This document shows positions 31,992-41,715 of a DNA stretch of 64,000 nt, piece by piece. Each line of letters opens with the position of its first letter. Positions within the stretch are counted from its first letter, which is position 1. Location of the stretch: NCBI GenBank assembly GCA_002691465.1, contig NZHP01000034.1, positions 8,096 to 72,095 of the forward strand. Direction: 5' to 3'. Position numbers and translations under genes: made by a program. The notes under the pieces are model-generated. The model saw only the letters and a program-made list of their open reading frames with translations. It had not been told where the DNA came from and did no database searches. Origin of the DNA: Gammaproteobacteria bacterium (lineage in GTDB: Bacteria > Pseudomonadota > Gammaproteobacteria > Steroidobacterales > UBA11654).

Positions 31992-33187
31992 TCCGATCTC
32001 AATGCCTCTATGGGGTCTAGCTCCGAAGCCGATCTTGCAGGAAGAAATCCGGCAAATAAACCAATGAATATGGATATAAAGACAGAATAAGTTATGTATT
32101 CCCATGCCACAGCAATGGGTAAATCGGGATATATGTACAGAGCGATATTGATGACTAAAAATCCCGCGATCAATCCTAAGAATGCTCCGAATATCGATAG
32201 AAATATAGATTCCAATAGAAACACTTCTCTTATCCTTGATTGAGATGCTCCAATTGCTCTAAGTATTCCTATCTCTGATTTTCGCTCATTGACAGCCACG
32301 GTCATGATGGTAAAAATCCCCACTCCACCAACTAGCAAAGAAATCCCACCGAATGCAGCAACTGTAAATTTCAGCCAATCCATAATCTCACCGAGTGTTT
32401 CAATCATATCTGCTTGCGTTGTAATTGTTACATCTTCTCCGCCATGGCGACTGATCATCAGTCGCTTCACAGATGCAACCACCTCTTCTGTTGTTGCGTT
32501 CTCATTATGGACAACATCGATTTCCTGAAATCCATTTTTATTGAACATCGTGTTGAATTTTGCAATAGGTATGTAGACCGCATCGTCTAGATCAAAGCCA
32601 AGAAAATCCCCTTTCGGTGGAAGGACCCCTACGATCCTAAAACGTTGTGAATTAACTCGAACTGTTTTTCCCAATGGATTTTCATTGCCAAATAATTCGT
32701 CTCTCATTTTTGGACCAAGCACAGCAAAGGATCTTGGAGTTTTAGGATTATCTTTAGGCAGGTATTGACCCAACATAGTGTCAGCACCAACAATGATGTC
32801 GTAGTCTGCTCCTGTGCCTACAACGAGCGACCTTCTTAGCCTCGTATCGCTTTCTATTTCTCCATTTGCACCAGAAACTGGAACTGCATAATCAATCAGT
32901 GGCAATCTTTCAATTGCCTCTGCATCGTCAAAAGAGAGTGGCTTTATTGTTCCGTGAACACCAGCTGGCACGCCAAGTGTTTGAGTCTTTCCTGGCTGAA
33001 CAGCAATGATGTTGCTGCCGAACTGTGTAAATTGTGAAACCATAAAGTCTTGTAAGCCTTGGCCCATACTGGTCAGGAAAATGACACAAACCACTCCAAC
33101 GGCAATGCCCATCGAAGTTAGAAAGCTTCTCATCTTCTGAGAGACGATTGAGAATGAGGAGAATAAAAAAATGTCTTTAAGCTTCAT
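31988..33187 (-). CDS. ABC transporter permease, MacB/FtsX family (permease 2)
   Basis: TM1, a large periplasmic domain and three C-terminal TMs (FtsX-type). ATG 33187 lies 2 nt after the upstream stop. The track ORF to 33307 overlaps the preceding gene. Confidence 0.85.
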   Translation of the reverse strand: MKLKDIFLFSSFSIVSQKMRSFLTSMGIAVGVVCVIFLTSMGQGLQDFMVSQFTQFGSNIIAVQPGKTQTLGVPAGVHGTIKPLSFDDAEAIERLPLIDYAVPVSGANGEIESDTRLRRSLVVGTGADYDIIVGADTMLGQYLPKDNPKTPRSFAVLGPKMRDELFGNENPLGKTVRVNSQRFRIVGVLPPKGDFLGFDLDDAVYIPIAKFNTMFNKNGFQEIDVVHNENATTEEVVASVKRLMISRHGGEDVTITTQADMIETLGEIMDWLKFTVAAFGGISLLVGGVGIFTIMTVAVNERKSEIGILRAIGASQSRIREVFLLESIFLSIFGAFLGLIAGFLVINIALYIYPDLPIAVAWEYITYSVFISIFIGLFAGFLPARSASELDPIEALRSD

Positions 33188-33189
33188 GG

Positions 33190-34404
33190 TTATTTGTTTC
33201 CACTTAGTGCTTCTACTGGATCTAGTTTTGCTGCTCTTCTTGCTGGAAGCAAGCCAAATATGATCCCCGATATCAATGCAACAATTAGAGATACGTATGA
33301 AGCCCACATAGGAGGCAAAAAATTAAAATCTGGGAATGCAACTTTCAATACCTGTGTGATTGAATGCCCTAAAATAAGCCCCATTATTGCTCCAGAGCCA
33401 GATAACATTATTGCCTCTACAACAAAAAGATTATTGATTTGCTTATTCTTGGCTCCAATTGCTTTAAGCAGACCTATTTCAGCCTGTCTTTGGGACACCG
33501 CGACGAGCATTACATTCATGATCAATATTCCAGCAACCAGCAAACTTATGGAAGCAATCGAACCCAGTGCCATCGTCAAGACATTGAAGATATTATCGAA
33601 TGACTGAAGAACGGTGTCTTGCTTGATAACTGTGATGTCCTCTTTGCCTTGATGACGCCTTTTAATGATTGAGAGAATACTTTGTTTTGTTTGATCCATG
33701 CGACTTGTGGTTCTTACATCAACAATAATTCTGAAAAGGGAATCGCGATTAAACAGTGCCGTTCCAAGTGCAACTGGTATGACTACAGTTTTCTGAACAT
33801 CGATTCCAATAGCTCTGCCCTCCTCGGCAATCACGCCCGCAACCCGACATCTTCGGTCACCTATTCGAATCCATTCGCCAACAGCAACAGCATCTCCAAA
33901 TAGCTCTGATTTAATCTCTTTTCCAATTGCACAAACAGGTGGAGAATATCTCATACTGGCGCCTGGTAGAAAGCTCCCTGACTCCATTTCCCATTGTCGA
34001 ATACTTAAAAATTCTGGTGTTGTCCCAATAATAGATGCTGACCTTTCCAACCCGTCATATTGGGCTGGCGCTTCGCCAATTACAACGGGTGCGATGCGTC
34101 GGATATTGTCAATTTGAGATAAGCTTTGTGCGTCCTCAATCGTCAATGGCCTCGGTGATAGCCCAGCTAGGTCTATGGGTCCACCGCCTCCAGATGTTTC
34201 ATTACGTCCAGGGATTACAATCAAAAGATTCGTTCCAAGGTTTCTGAACTCACCAGTAATGTAGTCTCGAGCACCTTCGCCCACCGCTGTAAGCAAAATC
34301 ACAGCCATGACTCCAATTGAAGTGGCAATGAGCAACATGATTGTTCTCAAAGGATATCTAATAAGAGTTGTATAAGCTAAGAAAAGGATATCGCTGAGAC
34401 GCAT
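33190..34404 (-). CDS. ABC transporter permease, MacB/FtsX family (permease 1)
   Basis: Same architecture as the neighbouring permease but a clearly different sequence. Follows the ATPase gene by 2 nt. Confidence 0.85.
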   Translation of the reverse strand: MRLSDILFLAYTTLIRYPLRTIMLLIATSIGVMAVILLTAVGEGARDYITGEFRNLGTNLLIVIPGRNETSGGGGPIDLAGLSPRPLTIEDAQSLSQIDNIRRIAPVVIGEAPAQYDGLERSASIIGTTPEFLSIRQWEMESGSFLPGASMRYSPPVCAIGKEIKSELFGDAVAVGEWIRIGDRRCRVAGVIAEEGRAIGIDVQKTVVIPVALGTALFNRDSLFRIIVDVRTTSRMDQTKQSILSIIKRRHQGKEDITVIKQDTVLQSFDNIFNVLTMALGSIASISLLVAGILIMNVMLVAVSQRQAEIGLLKAIGAKNKQINNLFVVEAIMLSGSGAIMGLILGHSITQVLKVAFPDFNFLPPMWASYVSLIVALISGIIFGLLPARRAAKLDPVEALSGNK

Positions 34405-34406
34405 GA

Positions 34407-35084
34407 TTATGACTTTCTCTGATCGTTGATTATTTTTCCATCTCTTAGCTCTATTAATCGATTGGATCGCTCTCCCATTTCTCTGTCATGAGTCACTACA
34501 ATCAATGTCAATCCAGCTAAGTTGAGCTCTTCAATTAATTTAACGACCTCATTTCCTGATGTTGTGTCAAGATTTCCAGTTGGTTCGTCTGCAAGAAGAA
34601 CATCGGGCTCCATTACAATAGATCTAGCAATCGCAACTCTTTGTCTCTGTCCTCCTGACAACTGCTCAGGCTTATGATCAGAGCGATCAGTCAAACCAAC
34701 TTTTTCAAGTGCTGAGTTAACCTTCATCGAACGCTCATTTGGGTTTATTCCTGATAAAATCATTGGCATTTCAATGTTTTCAAATGCTGTCAGTCTGGGT
34801 ATCAAGTGAAAGGATTGAAATATAAATCCAATCTTTGTTGATCTGATGCCTGCCATTTCATCGTCGTCCATTTTTGATGTATTGATGCCTGAAAGAATGT
34901 AATCACCAGATGTCGGAGTATCTAAGAGACCTAGAATATTTAGAAGGGTTGATTTACCTGATCCTGAAACACCCATGATAGAGACATAATCATTCGGATT
35001 AATTTCAAGGTCTACTTCGTCAAGTGCATGAACAACTTGATTTCCAACATGGAACTTTCTGCTCAGTTTCTCGAGACGAATCAT
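34407..35084 (-). CDS. ABC transporter ATP-binding protein (MacB/LolD-type NBD)
   Basis: Walker A GVSGSGKST, signature LSGGQRQR and Walker B LLADEPTGNLD. Confidence 0.92.
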   Translation of the reverse strand: MIRLEKLSRKFHVGNQVVHALDEVDLEINPNDYVSIMGVSGSGKSTLLNILGLLDTPTSGDYILSGINTSKMDDDEMAGIRSTKIGFIFQSFHLIPRLTAFENIEMPMILSGINPNERSMKVNSALEKVGLTDRSDHKPEQLSGGQRQRVAIARSIVMEPDVLLADEPTGNLDTTSGNEVVKLIEELNLAGLTLIVVTHDREMGERSNRLIELRDGKIINDQRKS

Positions 35085-35093
35085 AATTTGGAT

Positions 35094-36230
35094 CTATTCT
35101 TCAGTGACTGATGGGGGGTTTTCTGACTCTTTTTCCTCATCGGATTTTTCTATTTCAACTGTTGCACCGTCTTTAACACCTGCCCTATCCACAGATAGAA
35201 CAATCCTGTCATCTAGATCTAACCCACTTATAATTTCTGTGAATTCCCAATTTGATAGGCCAGTCTCTAGTTGCCTGTTTTCAATTACATTATCATCTCC
35301 AATGACATAAACCTTGTCTCCCCTCATTATTGCTTGAGTTGGAAGGCCAAGAGTCTCCTGACTGGTATCTATAATTATTGTTACATCGGCACTATAACCG
35401 GGCAGCAGATATTGTTGAGGGTTATCAAAGGTGGCTTCAATTTCAACGGTTCTTGCTTGCCTTTCAAGATCCAGTACGTATGGAGCAACTCGTGTTACTG
35501 TAGCAAGGAATTCTTCCTCGCCAAATGCATCCATCGTGATGCTTGCCTTCATTCCAGACCTGACATCTGGAGCATCTATCTCATCAATGGGTGCCTTTAT
35601 GTATAGGCAGGTATTATCAATGAGATCCAAAGTAGGTTTCGTAGCAACTCCTACTGGAGACGGTGTAACATACTCTCCTAGCTTTCCTTCAATTTCTGCA
35701 ACAATTCCATCGAAAGGTGCTATAAGCATGGTTCTCTCTAACGATGCTTTGGTAACTTCTACTTGGGCTACAGCGGCATTGCATGCTGCCATTGTTGACT
35801 CAGCATTGGCTACTGCTGTCTCTTTGGCTTCCTCAGAAGTTAATCCTTTTGCATATAACTCATTGGCTCGGCTTGCATCTCTTTCTGCCTTTGCAGAGAC
35901 AATACAAGCTTGATCAGAAGATCTTTCAGATGCAGTAACTCTTGCTTTAGTTTCCTTATTCCATAGCTCTAATAAAATATCCCCTTCATTGACGGAATCT
36001 CCCTCCTTCACATGAAGAACTGATATTTGGCCTGCAGCTGCGGGTGACATCTTTGATCGTCTGCAGGCATCAATGGTTCCTGCACGAGTATTGGAAACAG
36101 TCTTTTCCACATTTCTAATTTCAGGCTTTACGGATAAAACTTTTATTGGTTTTTCTTCGCCTGCAAACATAAATGAGGACAAAGCAATTATGGCAATAAT
36201 GGCGCCTATGATTTTTTTATTTCTTGTCAT
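35094..36230 (-). CDS. Efflux periplasmic adaptor (HlyD/MacA-type membrane fusion protein)
   Basis: N-terminal anchor, lipoyl-like, coiled-coil hairpin and beta-barrel segments, with an acidic C-terminal tail. First gene of the 4-gene operon. Confidence 0.85.
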   Translation of the reverse strand: MTRNKKIIGAIIAIIALSSFMFAGEEKPIKVLSVKPEIRNVEKTVSNTRAGTIDACRRSKMSPAAAGQISVLHVKEGDSVNEGDILLELWNKETKARVTASERSSDQACIVSAKAERDASRANELYAKGLTSEEAKETAVANAESTMAACNAAVAQVEVTKASLERTMLIAPFDGIVAEIEGKLGEYVTPSPVGVATKPTLDLIDNTCLYIKAPIDEIDAPDVRSGMKASITMDAFGEEEFLATVTRVAPYVLDLERQARTVEIEATFDNPQQYLLPGYSADVTIIIDTSQETLGLPTQAIMRGDKVYVIGDDNVIENRQLETGLSNWEFTEIISGLDLDDRIVLSVDRAGVKDGATVEIEKSDEEKESENPPSVTEE

Positions 36231-36285
36231 TATTCACTCAACCTAATTTTGCATGACTATTGTATAGAGTTCATTTTGTAAAAGC

Positions 36286-36300
36286 ATTGTAAGATACAAT
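36286..36300. promoter_or_regulatory. Perfect palindrome ATTGTA-aga-TACAAT, candidate operator/-10 overlap for the efflux operon
   Basis: 6-3-6 inverted repeat 56-70 nt upstream of the adaptor gene start. The half-site TACAAT resembles a -10 box on either strand. TTGTA recurs at 36260, 36276, 36287 and 36301. Confidence 0.3.
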
Positions 36301-36441
36301 TTGTAACAGTGTGATATTTTCCTAGAAAACTCATGTTTTCTTCATATTTAAAGCTTTGAATAATATTCTTGATAGACCTTAAAAAAGATTTAATAAAATA
36401 AATGTTATCGGATTATATTTTTTGTAAATAGAGAGACTAAA

Positions 36442-37017
36442 TTATACATTTGGAGTGCATTTGATGCCTGTGCCTCCCAAGCCACAATACCCGCCAGGAT
36501 TCTTTGCTAAATACTGTTGGTGATAGTCCTCAGCATAAAAGAACTCCTCTGGCGCTTTTATCTCGGTGACTATATCCCCAAAACCGGCTTTATTTAACTC
36601 AGTTTGGTATTGGTCTTTTGAGGATTCAATCTTGTCATGTGTATCGTCATCATCGTAGAAAATAATCGAGCGGTACTGGCTGCCCACATCGTTACCCTGT
36701 CTCATAAATTGAGTGGGATCATGCCCTTCCCAAAACACGCGCAATAGATTTTCTAAGCCAATAAGCTGGCTATCATAAACGACAAGAACCACTTCTGCGT
36801 GATCGGTTGTTCCAGAACAAATCTCACGGTATGTTGGATCGCTCGTTTTTCCAGCTGAATATCCAACGCTTGTTGAATAAACGCCTTCTTGTTGCCAAAA
36901 CATTCTTTCTGCCCCCCAGAAACAACCCATGCCAACAATCAGCCTTTTGTGATTGTCTGGGTATGGAGGTTTGACTTTGTTTCCATTAACAAAATGATTT
37001 TCAGCAATTTTCAACAT
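36442..37017 (-). CDS. msrA: Peptide-methionine (S)-S-oxide reductase
   Basis: GMGCFWGAE active-site motif and a C-terminal YHQQYL. Confidence 0.93.
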   Translation of the reverse strand: MLKIAENHFVNGNKVKPPYPDNHKRLIVGMGCFWGAERMFWQQEGVYSTSVGYSAGKTSDPTYREICSGTTDHAEVVLVVYDSQLIGLENLLRVFWEGHDPTQFMRQGNDVGSQYRSIIFYDDDDTHDKIESSKDQYQTELNKAGFGDIVTEIKAPEEFFYAEDYHQQYLAKNPGGYCGLGGTGIKCTPNV

Positions 37018-37091
37018 TTTGGAATCCGAGCTTTATATTTAATGAGAATATTTATGTTAAATTAATCTTAAATTAATTATTCGAATAAAAC

Positions 37092-38480
37092 TTGGATTCT
37101 GACTCAAAAAATATCTTTCTAAATGTTTGTCTCGCATTGATGTTATTCATCTCTGGCGCAACATCATCATTCTCGCAGGAGAATGAGGATTTAGAAAAAG
37201 CCGAACTGAGGAATAAATATCAAAAAGAATTTATCGATCTGTACGATCAAAAACTCTATCTTCAGAGCCTAAGACCGGCCAAAGAAATTGTTGCTCTCAC
37301 CCGAGAAATCTTTGGAGAAAAAAGTTATCGCCTTATAACCCCTCTAAATAATCTCGGCAGCACGTACTATATGATAGAAGAATATGAGCTGGCACAAGAG
37401 GTCTTCAGGGAATGCATTCAGCTCATCGAAGTCAATAGTAACATCATCTCGCCTGAACTTAGCTCTCCCCTATATGGAATAGCGCTTACACTCAATCGGT
37501 TTGGACAGTACGAAGATGCAATTAAAGTTCTTGATAGGGCGCTTAGAATTAATCATGTGAATAATGGCCTATACAACCCTGATCAAATCAAAATTCACGA
37601 CAGCCTTACCGAGAGTTATGTTGGAAAAAAAGACGTTAAAAATGCAAATCATCATCAATCATTTCAGGTGTTTATTAGTAAAAAATATTACGGCATAAAT
37701 AATTCTAATGTCGATGAATCACTGATTAAATTGGCGAAGTGGTATAAACGAACTGGACAAATATATTCTGAAAGAGAAATTCACAAAGAACTCCTTGATC
37801 GTCAAGAAACTAGGACGGGAGCTGATATGGCTTCACTGGTTGAAACGTATAAAAATCTATCTTTTTCTCATAGAAGAGAAGGGATAGATTTATTTCAAAG
37901 TACAAATCCACTCAAAGAAGCGCTCGAAGCGATTGATCTGATGGAAACTCCTGACTTGAGCCTTAAATTTGAAGTATTGCTTGATCTGGGCGATACCTAT
38001 ATTAGTTATGGAAGAATAATGTCCGCTAAAAAAGTTTACTTAGAATGCTGGAAGCTAATCAATGAAGATGAATCCATGAGGGAGGCTATTGAGGACAGAT
38101 TTTCTAAGCCTGTTCGAGTGAGAAACATTGAAATCCCAAAAACCTATCCTCTTCCTCCAGTTGGTGAGGAGATAGGAAAAACCATCCCGGGCTCAATATC
38201 GATAAACTATGATGTTGACGAAAATGGGCAAACAATCAACATTGAAGTGATTGAATCAAACCCAGAAGGCATTATAGATAGAGAAGCAATTAAGATCATT
38301 GATAGAGTTATATATAGGCCAAAGTATAGCGAAGCTGAAGCTCAACCAACAGAAGGGCTTAATATTAGTCACCAATACAACATCCGAGTGACAGATATTG
38401 ATAATGACATGGCTGAGCCGGTTGGGACTGATACAATCAAAGACACTTCAGATGCACCCTTAGAAAATCCAATTGAATAG
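37092..38480 (+). CDS. Secreted TPR-repeat protein with a TonB_C-like C-terminal domain
   Basis: Signal peptide, TPR-like helical repeats and a C-terminus (GSISINYDVDENGQTINIEVIESNP..IYRPKY) like the TonB C-terminal domain. There is no Pro-rich spacer or N-terminal TonB anchor. TTG start. Confidence 0.6.
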   Translation: MDSDSKNIFLNVCLALMLFISGATSSFSQENEDLEKAELRNKYQKEFIDLYDQKLYLQSLRPAKEIVALTREIFGEKSYRLITPLNNLGSTYYMIEEYELAQEVFRECIQLIEVNSNIISPELSSPLYGIALTLNRFGQYEDAIKVLDRALRINHVNNGLYNPDQIKIHDSLTESYVGKKDVKNANHHQSFQVFISKKYYGINNSNVDESLIKLAKWYKRTGQIYSEREIHKELLDRQETRTGADMASLVETYKNLSFSHRREGIDLFQSTNPLKEALEAIDLMETPDLSLKFEVLLDLGDTYISYGRIMSAKKVYLECWKLINEDESMREAIEDRFSKPVRVRNIEIPKTYPLPPVGEEIGKTIPGSISINYDVDENGQTINIEVIESNPEGIIDREAIKIIDRVIYRPKYSEAEAQPTEGLNISHQYNIRVTDIDNDMAEPVGTDTIKDTSDAPLENPIE

Positions 38481-38483
38481 TTC

Positions 38484-39635
38484 CTAATGACGTCGGCTAA
38501 TCAAAGTTCTTGTGAAATAAAAGACAGATAAAAAAAGCAGGCTGATAATTCCCATTGCCCATCCAAAGGCACTGTTTCCAAAAAGATCCATTGCTCGACC
38601 AATGACTGGTGGGCCCAAAACTTCACCAATGGATAAAAAGAAAATAAAACTCGCATTTGCCGAGACAAGAATTTGGCCTTTGAATTGTTCCCCAAGCATG
38701 GTTAATCCCAACACATAAAATCCCATCGTGACGCCACCCAGAAGAAACAATAATAGTATTCTCATTACCGGTATATGAAAAAAAACTGGAATTAAAAATA
38801 AAACCAGAATCGCAATTGAGGTTAGAAGAATCATTAATTTCCTTTTGTCATACTTATCGGCAAGCCAGCCAATCAATAATGGAAGCAGCAGCTCACCCGA
38901 TGCCAGCCAAGCAACGGTTCTCGATGCCGCAGAATAATCGTCATTCACGTATGGCAAGGCAAATATTGGCAATAGCCCAGCGCTTGCAGCGTAAAGGAAT
39001 CCCATCATCCAACTTGAGCCCATGAGTATAGGGGAAGAAAAAAGATATTTAGAAAAAGAGACATTTTTAGGTGTTTCAAAATCGCCAATGTCCTTCATTG
39101 ACCACAATGGAAAAGCAACGACTATCGCCAATGTAGCAGAAATATAAAACCCTCCGAATGTTTCTACTGATGTGAATGACATGATCAAAACACCGAGTAT
39201 AAAACCCAGCGAAAGAAGAGAGGTATAGATTGCAATTATCCTTCCTCGATTTTTATCTTCAGCAAAGGAATTGATCCATATTTCACTCAAGACCCAAATG
39301 ATCGTCGCAGCCAAACCAATTATGAATCGAAAGAAGAACCAAGCATACAAATTCTGAAACAACGGCAAAGCAAGAATCCCCAATGGTAGAGTTATCAAAG
39401 AAATTCTTAAGACGTTAATTTGTCCAAATCGGTTTACCATTCTTGGTAAGAATGGAGTGGTAACAGCAGCAGACAGGCCCATCATTGATGCGGCCAATCC
39501 AATGATCGAGGAACTGATGCCCCAACTCTTAAGTGTCAGTGTGCTGAGGGGAAGATTGATGCCTGCCACAATGCCGGCAAGTGAAATTGCAAGAATGACT
39601 CTTACAAGATTAAAAAAATTCTTAGGCAGCTTCAT
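38484..39635 (-). CDS. MFS transporter (YcaD-like, about 12 TM)
   Basis: 383 aa and polytopic. WVLSEIWINSFAEDKNRGRIIAIYTSLL resembles YcaD-type MFS proteins as recalled. The ATG lies 5 nt after the upstream SBP stop. Confidence 0.8.
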   Translation of the reverse strand: MKLPKNFFNLVRVILAISLAGIVAGINLPLSTLTLKSWGISSSIIGLAASMMGLSAAVTTPFLPRMVNRFGQINVLRISLITLPLGILALPLFQNLYAWFFFRFIIGLAATIIWVLSEIWINSFAEDKNRGRIIAIYTSLLSLGFILGVLIMSFTSVETFGGFYISATLAIVVAFPLWSMKDIGDFETPKNVSFSKYLFSSPILMGSSWMMGFLYAASAGLLPIFALPYVNDDYSAASRTVAWLASGELLLPLLIGWLADKYDKRKLMILLTSIAILVLFLIPVFFHIPVMRILLLFLLGGVTMGFYVLGLTMLGEQFKGQILVSANASFIFFLSIGEVLGPPVIGRAMDLFGNSAFGWAMGIISLLFLSVFYFTRTLISRRH

Positions 39636-39640
39636 TCAGC

Positions 39641-40669
39641 CTATCTATTCAGAAAATTTTGGTAATCTTTTTTTCCTTTAATGACCAAAGCAAGAACTTC
39701 TTCTGAACGACCTCCAATTTCCTTTGCCAAACGCTGTGCCTGACCAACTGTGGCTATTTTCCAAAGGTCTCTCTCTTCCTGAGACAGCCTATAGACCTGA
39801 ATTCCCATATTTTCTGCATTTTCAAGATTCTCAGCCTCTTCCTCTCTCAATTCCAATCTTGCCTGTTTCAAATTTGGCCACGATCCTTCGATGATTTCTT
39901 GTTGGTCTGGTGTTAGATTCTCCCACCATTCCTTTCTCGCCACCATGACAGACATACCCAGAGAGTGTTGAGTTAGTGTGTAATTTGGAGCCTCTTGTTC
40001 CTTTCCTGTTTTGACATAGAGAGCGATTGAATTATCTCCGGCGGTGATCAGGTCCGTTTGCAAAGATTGAACAATCTCGCCATAGCCCATTGGGATAAGA
40101 TCAGCTCCAATGGCTTCTGCAAAGTATCTTGAGCTCAAACTGGCAGAGACACGATATCGCACGCCCTTTAGGTCGTCCGGTTTTAATACGGGTGACTTTG
40201 AATACACATGATGGAAACCAATTTCACTCCATGCAATAAACTTTAAGTTCTTCTGATCAAGCATTTCTGTGAAGATTGGGGTGAGATAGTTGTCATATAT
40301 AAAATCAGCTTCCTCTGGAGTATCAAAGAGGTAAGGAGCATAAAGCAATGCTGTTTCCGGAACCAATGTTGAGACTATGATTGCCGATAAATTTGCAAAC
40401 TGAACACGGTTTCTCCTCAATCCAGAGACTAAGTTCTCTTCAGAGCCAAGCTGGCCATAAACCAGCATTTTTGTCTGAATGTCTGGAAGTTTATCCTTCA
40501 CTGACTGCTCAAAATCATAAAAGTGCTTAACACCGACTGTATTGGGTATGCCTGTTCCTCCAACAGTCATGTATAGCTCGTTTTCTTCTTTTGGTGAACC
40601 GCAAGCTCCCAATAAAAAAACCATAAGTAGGAGAATGAACGAAAGATTAACTTTAGGACTGAAAAACAT
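39641..40669 (-). CDS. TRAP-type (DctP-family) solute-binding lipoprotein
   Basis: Lipobox LLGAC. It aligns by eye with R. capsulatus DctP, including the conserved Arg region (GVRYRVSAS.. versus GLKMRIQSS..). No dctQ/dctM is present in the window. Confidence 0.75.
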   Translation of the reverse strand: MFFSPKVNLSFILLLMVFLLGACGSPKEENELYMTVGGTGIPNTVGVKHFYDFEQSVKDKLPDIQTKMLVYGQLGSEENLVSGLRRNRVQFANLSAIIVSTLVPETALLYAPYLFDTPEEADFIYDNYLTPIFTEMLDQKNLKFIAWSEIGFHHVYSKSPVLKPDDLKGVRYRVSASLSSRYFAEAIGADLIPMGYGEIVQSLQTDLITAGDNSIALYVKTGKEQEAPNYTLTQHSLGMSVMVARKEWWENLTPDQQEIIEGSWPNLKQARLELREEEAENLENAENMGIQVYRLSQEERDLWKIATVGQAQRLAKEIGGRSEEVLALVIKGKKDYQNFLNR

Positions 40670-40736
40670 GCACTGATTGTCTCATCAGAGCATGTTGGAG
40701 TCTATCTATGAATCAGATAAACTGGATTTTATTGAT

Positions 40737-41693
40737 ATGAAAATAAAAGAAACCAAAATCAAAATACCTTCTTATGAAATTACTTCAGAATCTGCCTATC
40801 TGAATAGAAGAAAGCTTATCCAATCGGTTGGATTATTATCATTGGGAGTTGGAATCAGTGAACCCGGCTTTGGTCAAGATCAATCGGTCCAAACACTGCA
40901 ATCAATAAAGAATGAAAAGTATTCGACATCTGAGACCCCAAATAGCTACTCGGATATCACAACTTATAACAACTTTTATGAATTTGGTATGCAGAAAAGT
41001 GATCCGTACATGAACAGCGGAATGTTCGAGCCTAAACCTTGGAGTGTCGAAGTCTCAGGTGAAGCAAACATAACCGGTGCATTCGATATAGAAGACTTGA
41101 TTGATTTTAATAAACTCGAAGAGAGAATTTATCGTCTGCGCTGTGTTGAGGCTTGGTCTATGGTTGTCCCATGGGTAGGGATACCCTTGTCAGCAATACT
41201 GAAGAAATTTGAACCCTTATCCTCTGCAAAATATGTTTCTTTCGACACAGTCTATAGACCTGATCAGATGCCTGGACAAAAGAGAAGAATACTGCGTTGG
41301 CCTTATACGGAAGGCCTAACTATTCAGGAAGCAATGCACCCTCTCACATTCATGGCGGTAGGCATATACGGAAAGGAGCTGCTCAACCAAAATGGTGCGC
41401 CGATGAGGTTGGTCATACCATGGAAATATGGCTTTAAAAGCATCAAATCCATCAATAAGATTCGGTTCCAAGAACGCCAACCAAAAACGAGTTGGAATAT
41501 TTCAGCACCGCAAGAATATGGTTTCTATGCCAATGTCAATCCTTCGGTTGATCATCCAAGATGGAGTCAAGCCAGAGAGCGGAGAATAGGGACTGGTTTT
41601 TTTGGAGCAAAACAGCCAACCACTCTCTTCAATGGTTATGCAGACGAAGTGGCTGATTTGTACCGTGGCCTGAATCTAAGGAAATATTATTAA
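40737..41693 (+). CDS. msrP: Periplasmic protein-methionine-sulfoxide reductase, Mo catalytic subunit MsrP (YedY)
   Basis: Strong similarity to E. coli MsrP ([49 protein letters not shown]). Tat-type signal NRRKLIQ. ATG 40737 is preferred to TTG 40677. Confidence 0.9.
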   Translation: MKIKETKIKIPSYEITSESAYLNRRKLIQSVGLLSLGVGISEPGFGQDQSVQTLQSIKNEKYSTSETPNSYSDITTYNNFYEFGMQKSDPYMNSGMFEPKPWSVEVSGEANITGAFDIEDLIDFNKLEERIYRLRCVEAWSMVVPWVGIPLSAILKKFEPLSSAKYVSFDTVYRPDQMPGQKRRILRWPYTEGLTIQEAMHPLTFMAVGIYGKELLNQNGAPMRLVIPWKYGFKSIKSINKIRFQERQPKTSWNISAPQEYGFYANVNPSVDHPRWSQARERRIGTGFFGAKQPTTLFNGYADEVADLYRGLNLRKYY

Positions 41694-41715
41694 TTTAAAT
41701 TCTTTCAGAACGTCC

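Noticed and set aside
33188-33307. N-terminal 40-codon extension of the second permease ORF overlapping the first permease gene
   Set aside because: The extension lacks homology-like features. ATG 33187 directly precedes the conserved MKLKDIFLFS.. N-terminus and sits 2 nt after the upstream stop.
35431-35913. 160-aa ORF on the + strand inside the adaptor (HlyD-type) gene
   Set aside because: It is an Ala/Ser/Thr-rich antisense shadow of the coiled-coil-encoding region, with no start context or independent signal.
36260-36305. Four TTGTA copies (36260, 36276, 36287, 36301) as a repeat-type regulator array
   Set aside because: Spacing is irregular (16, 11 and 14 nt) and the pentamer is expected often in AT-rich DNA. 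Only the perfect 6-3-6 palindrome is retained as a candidate site.
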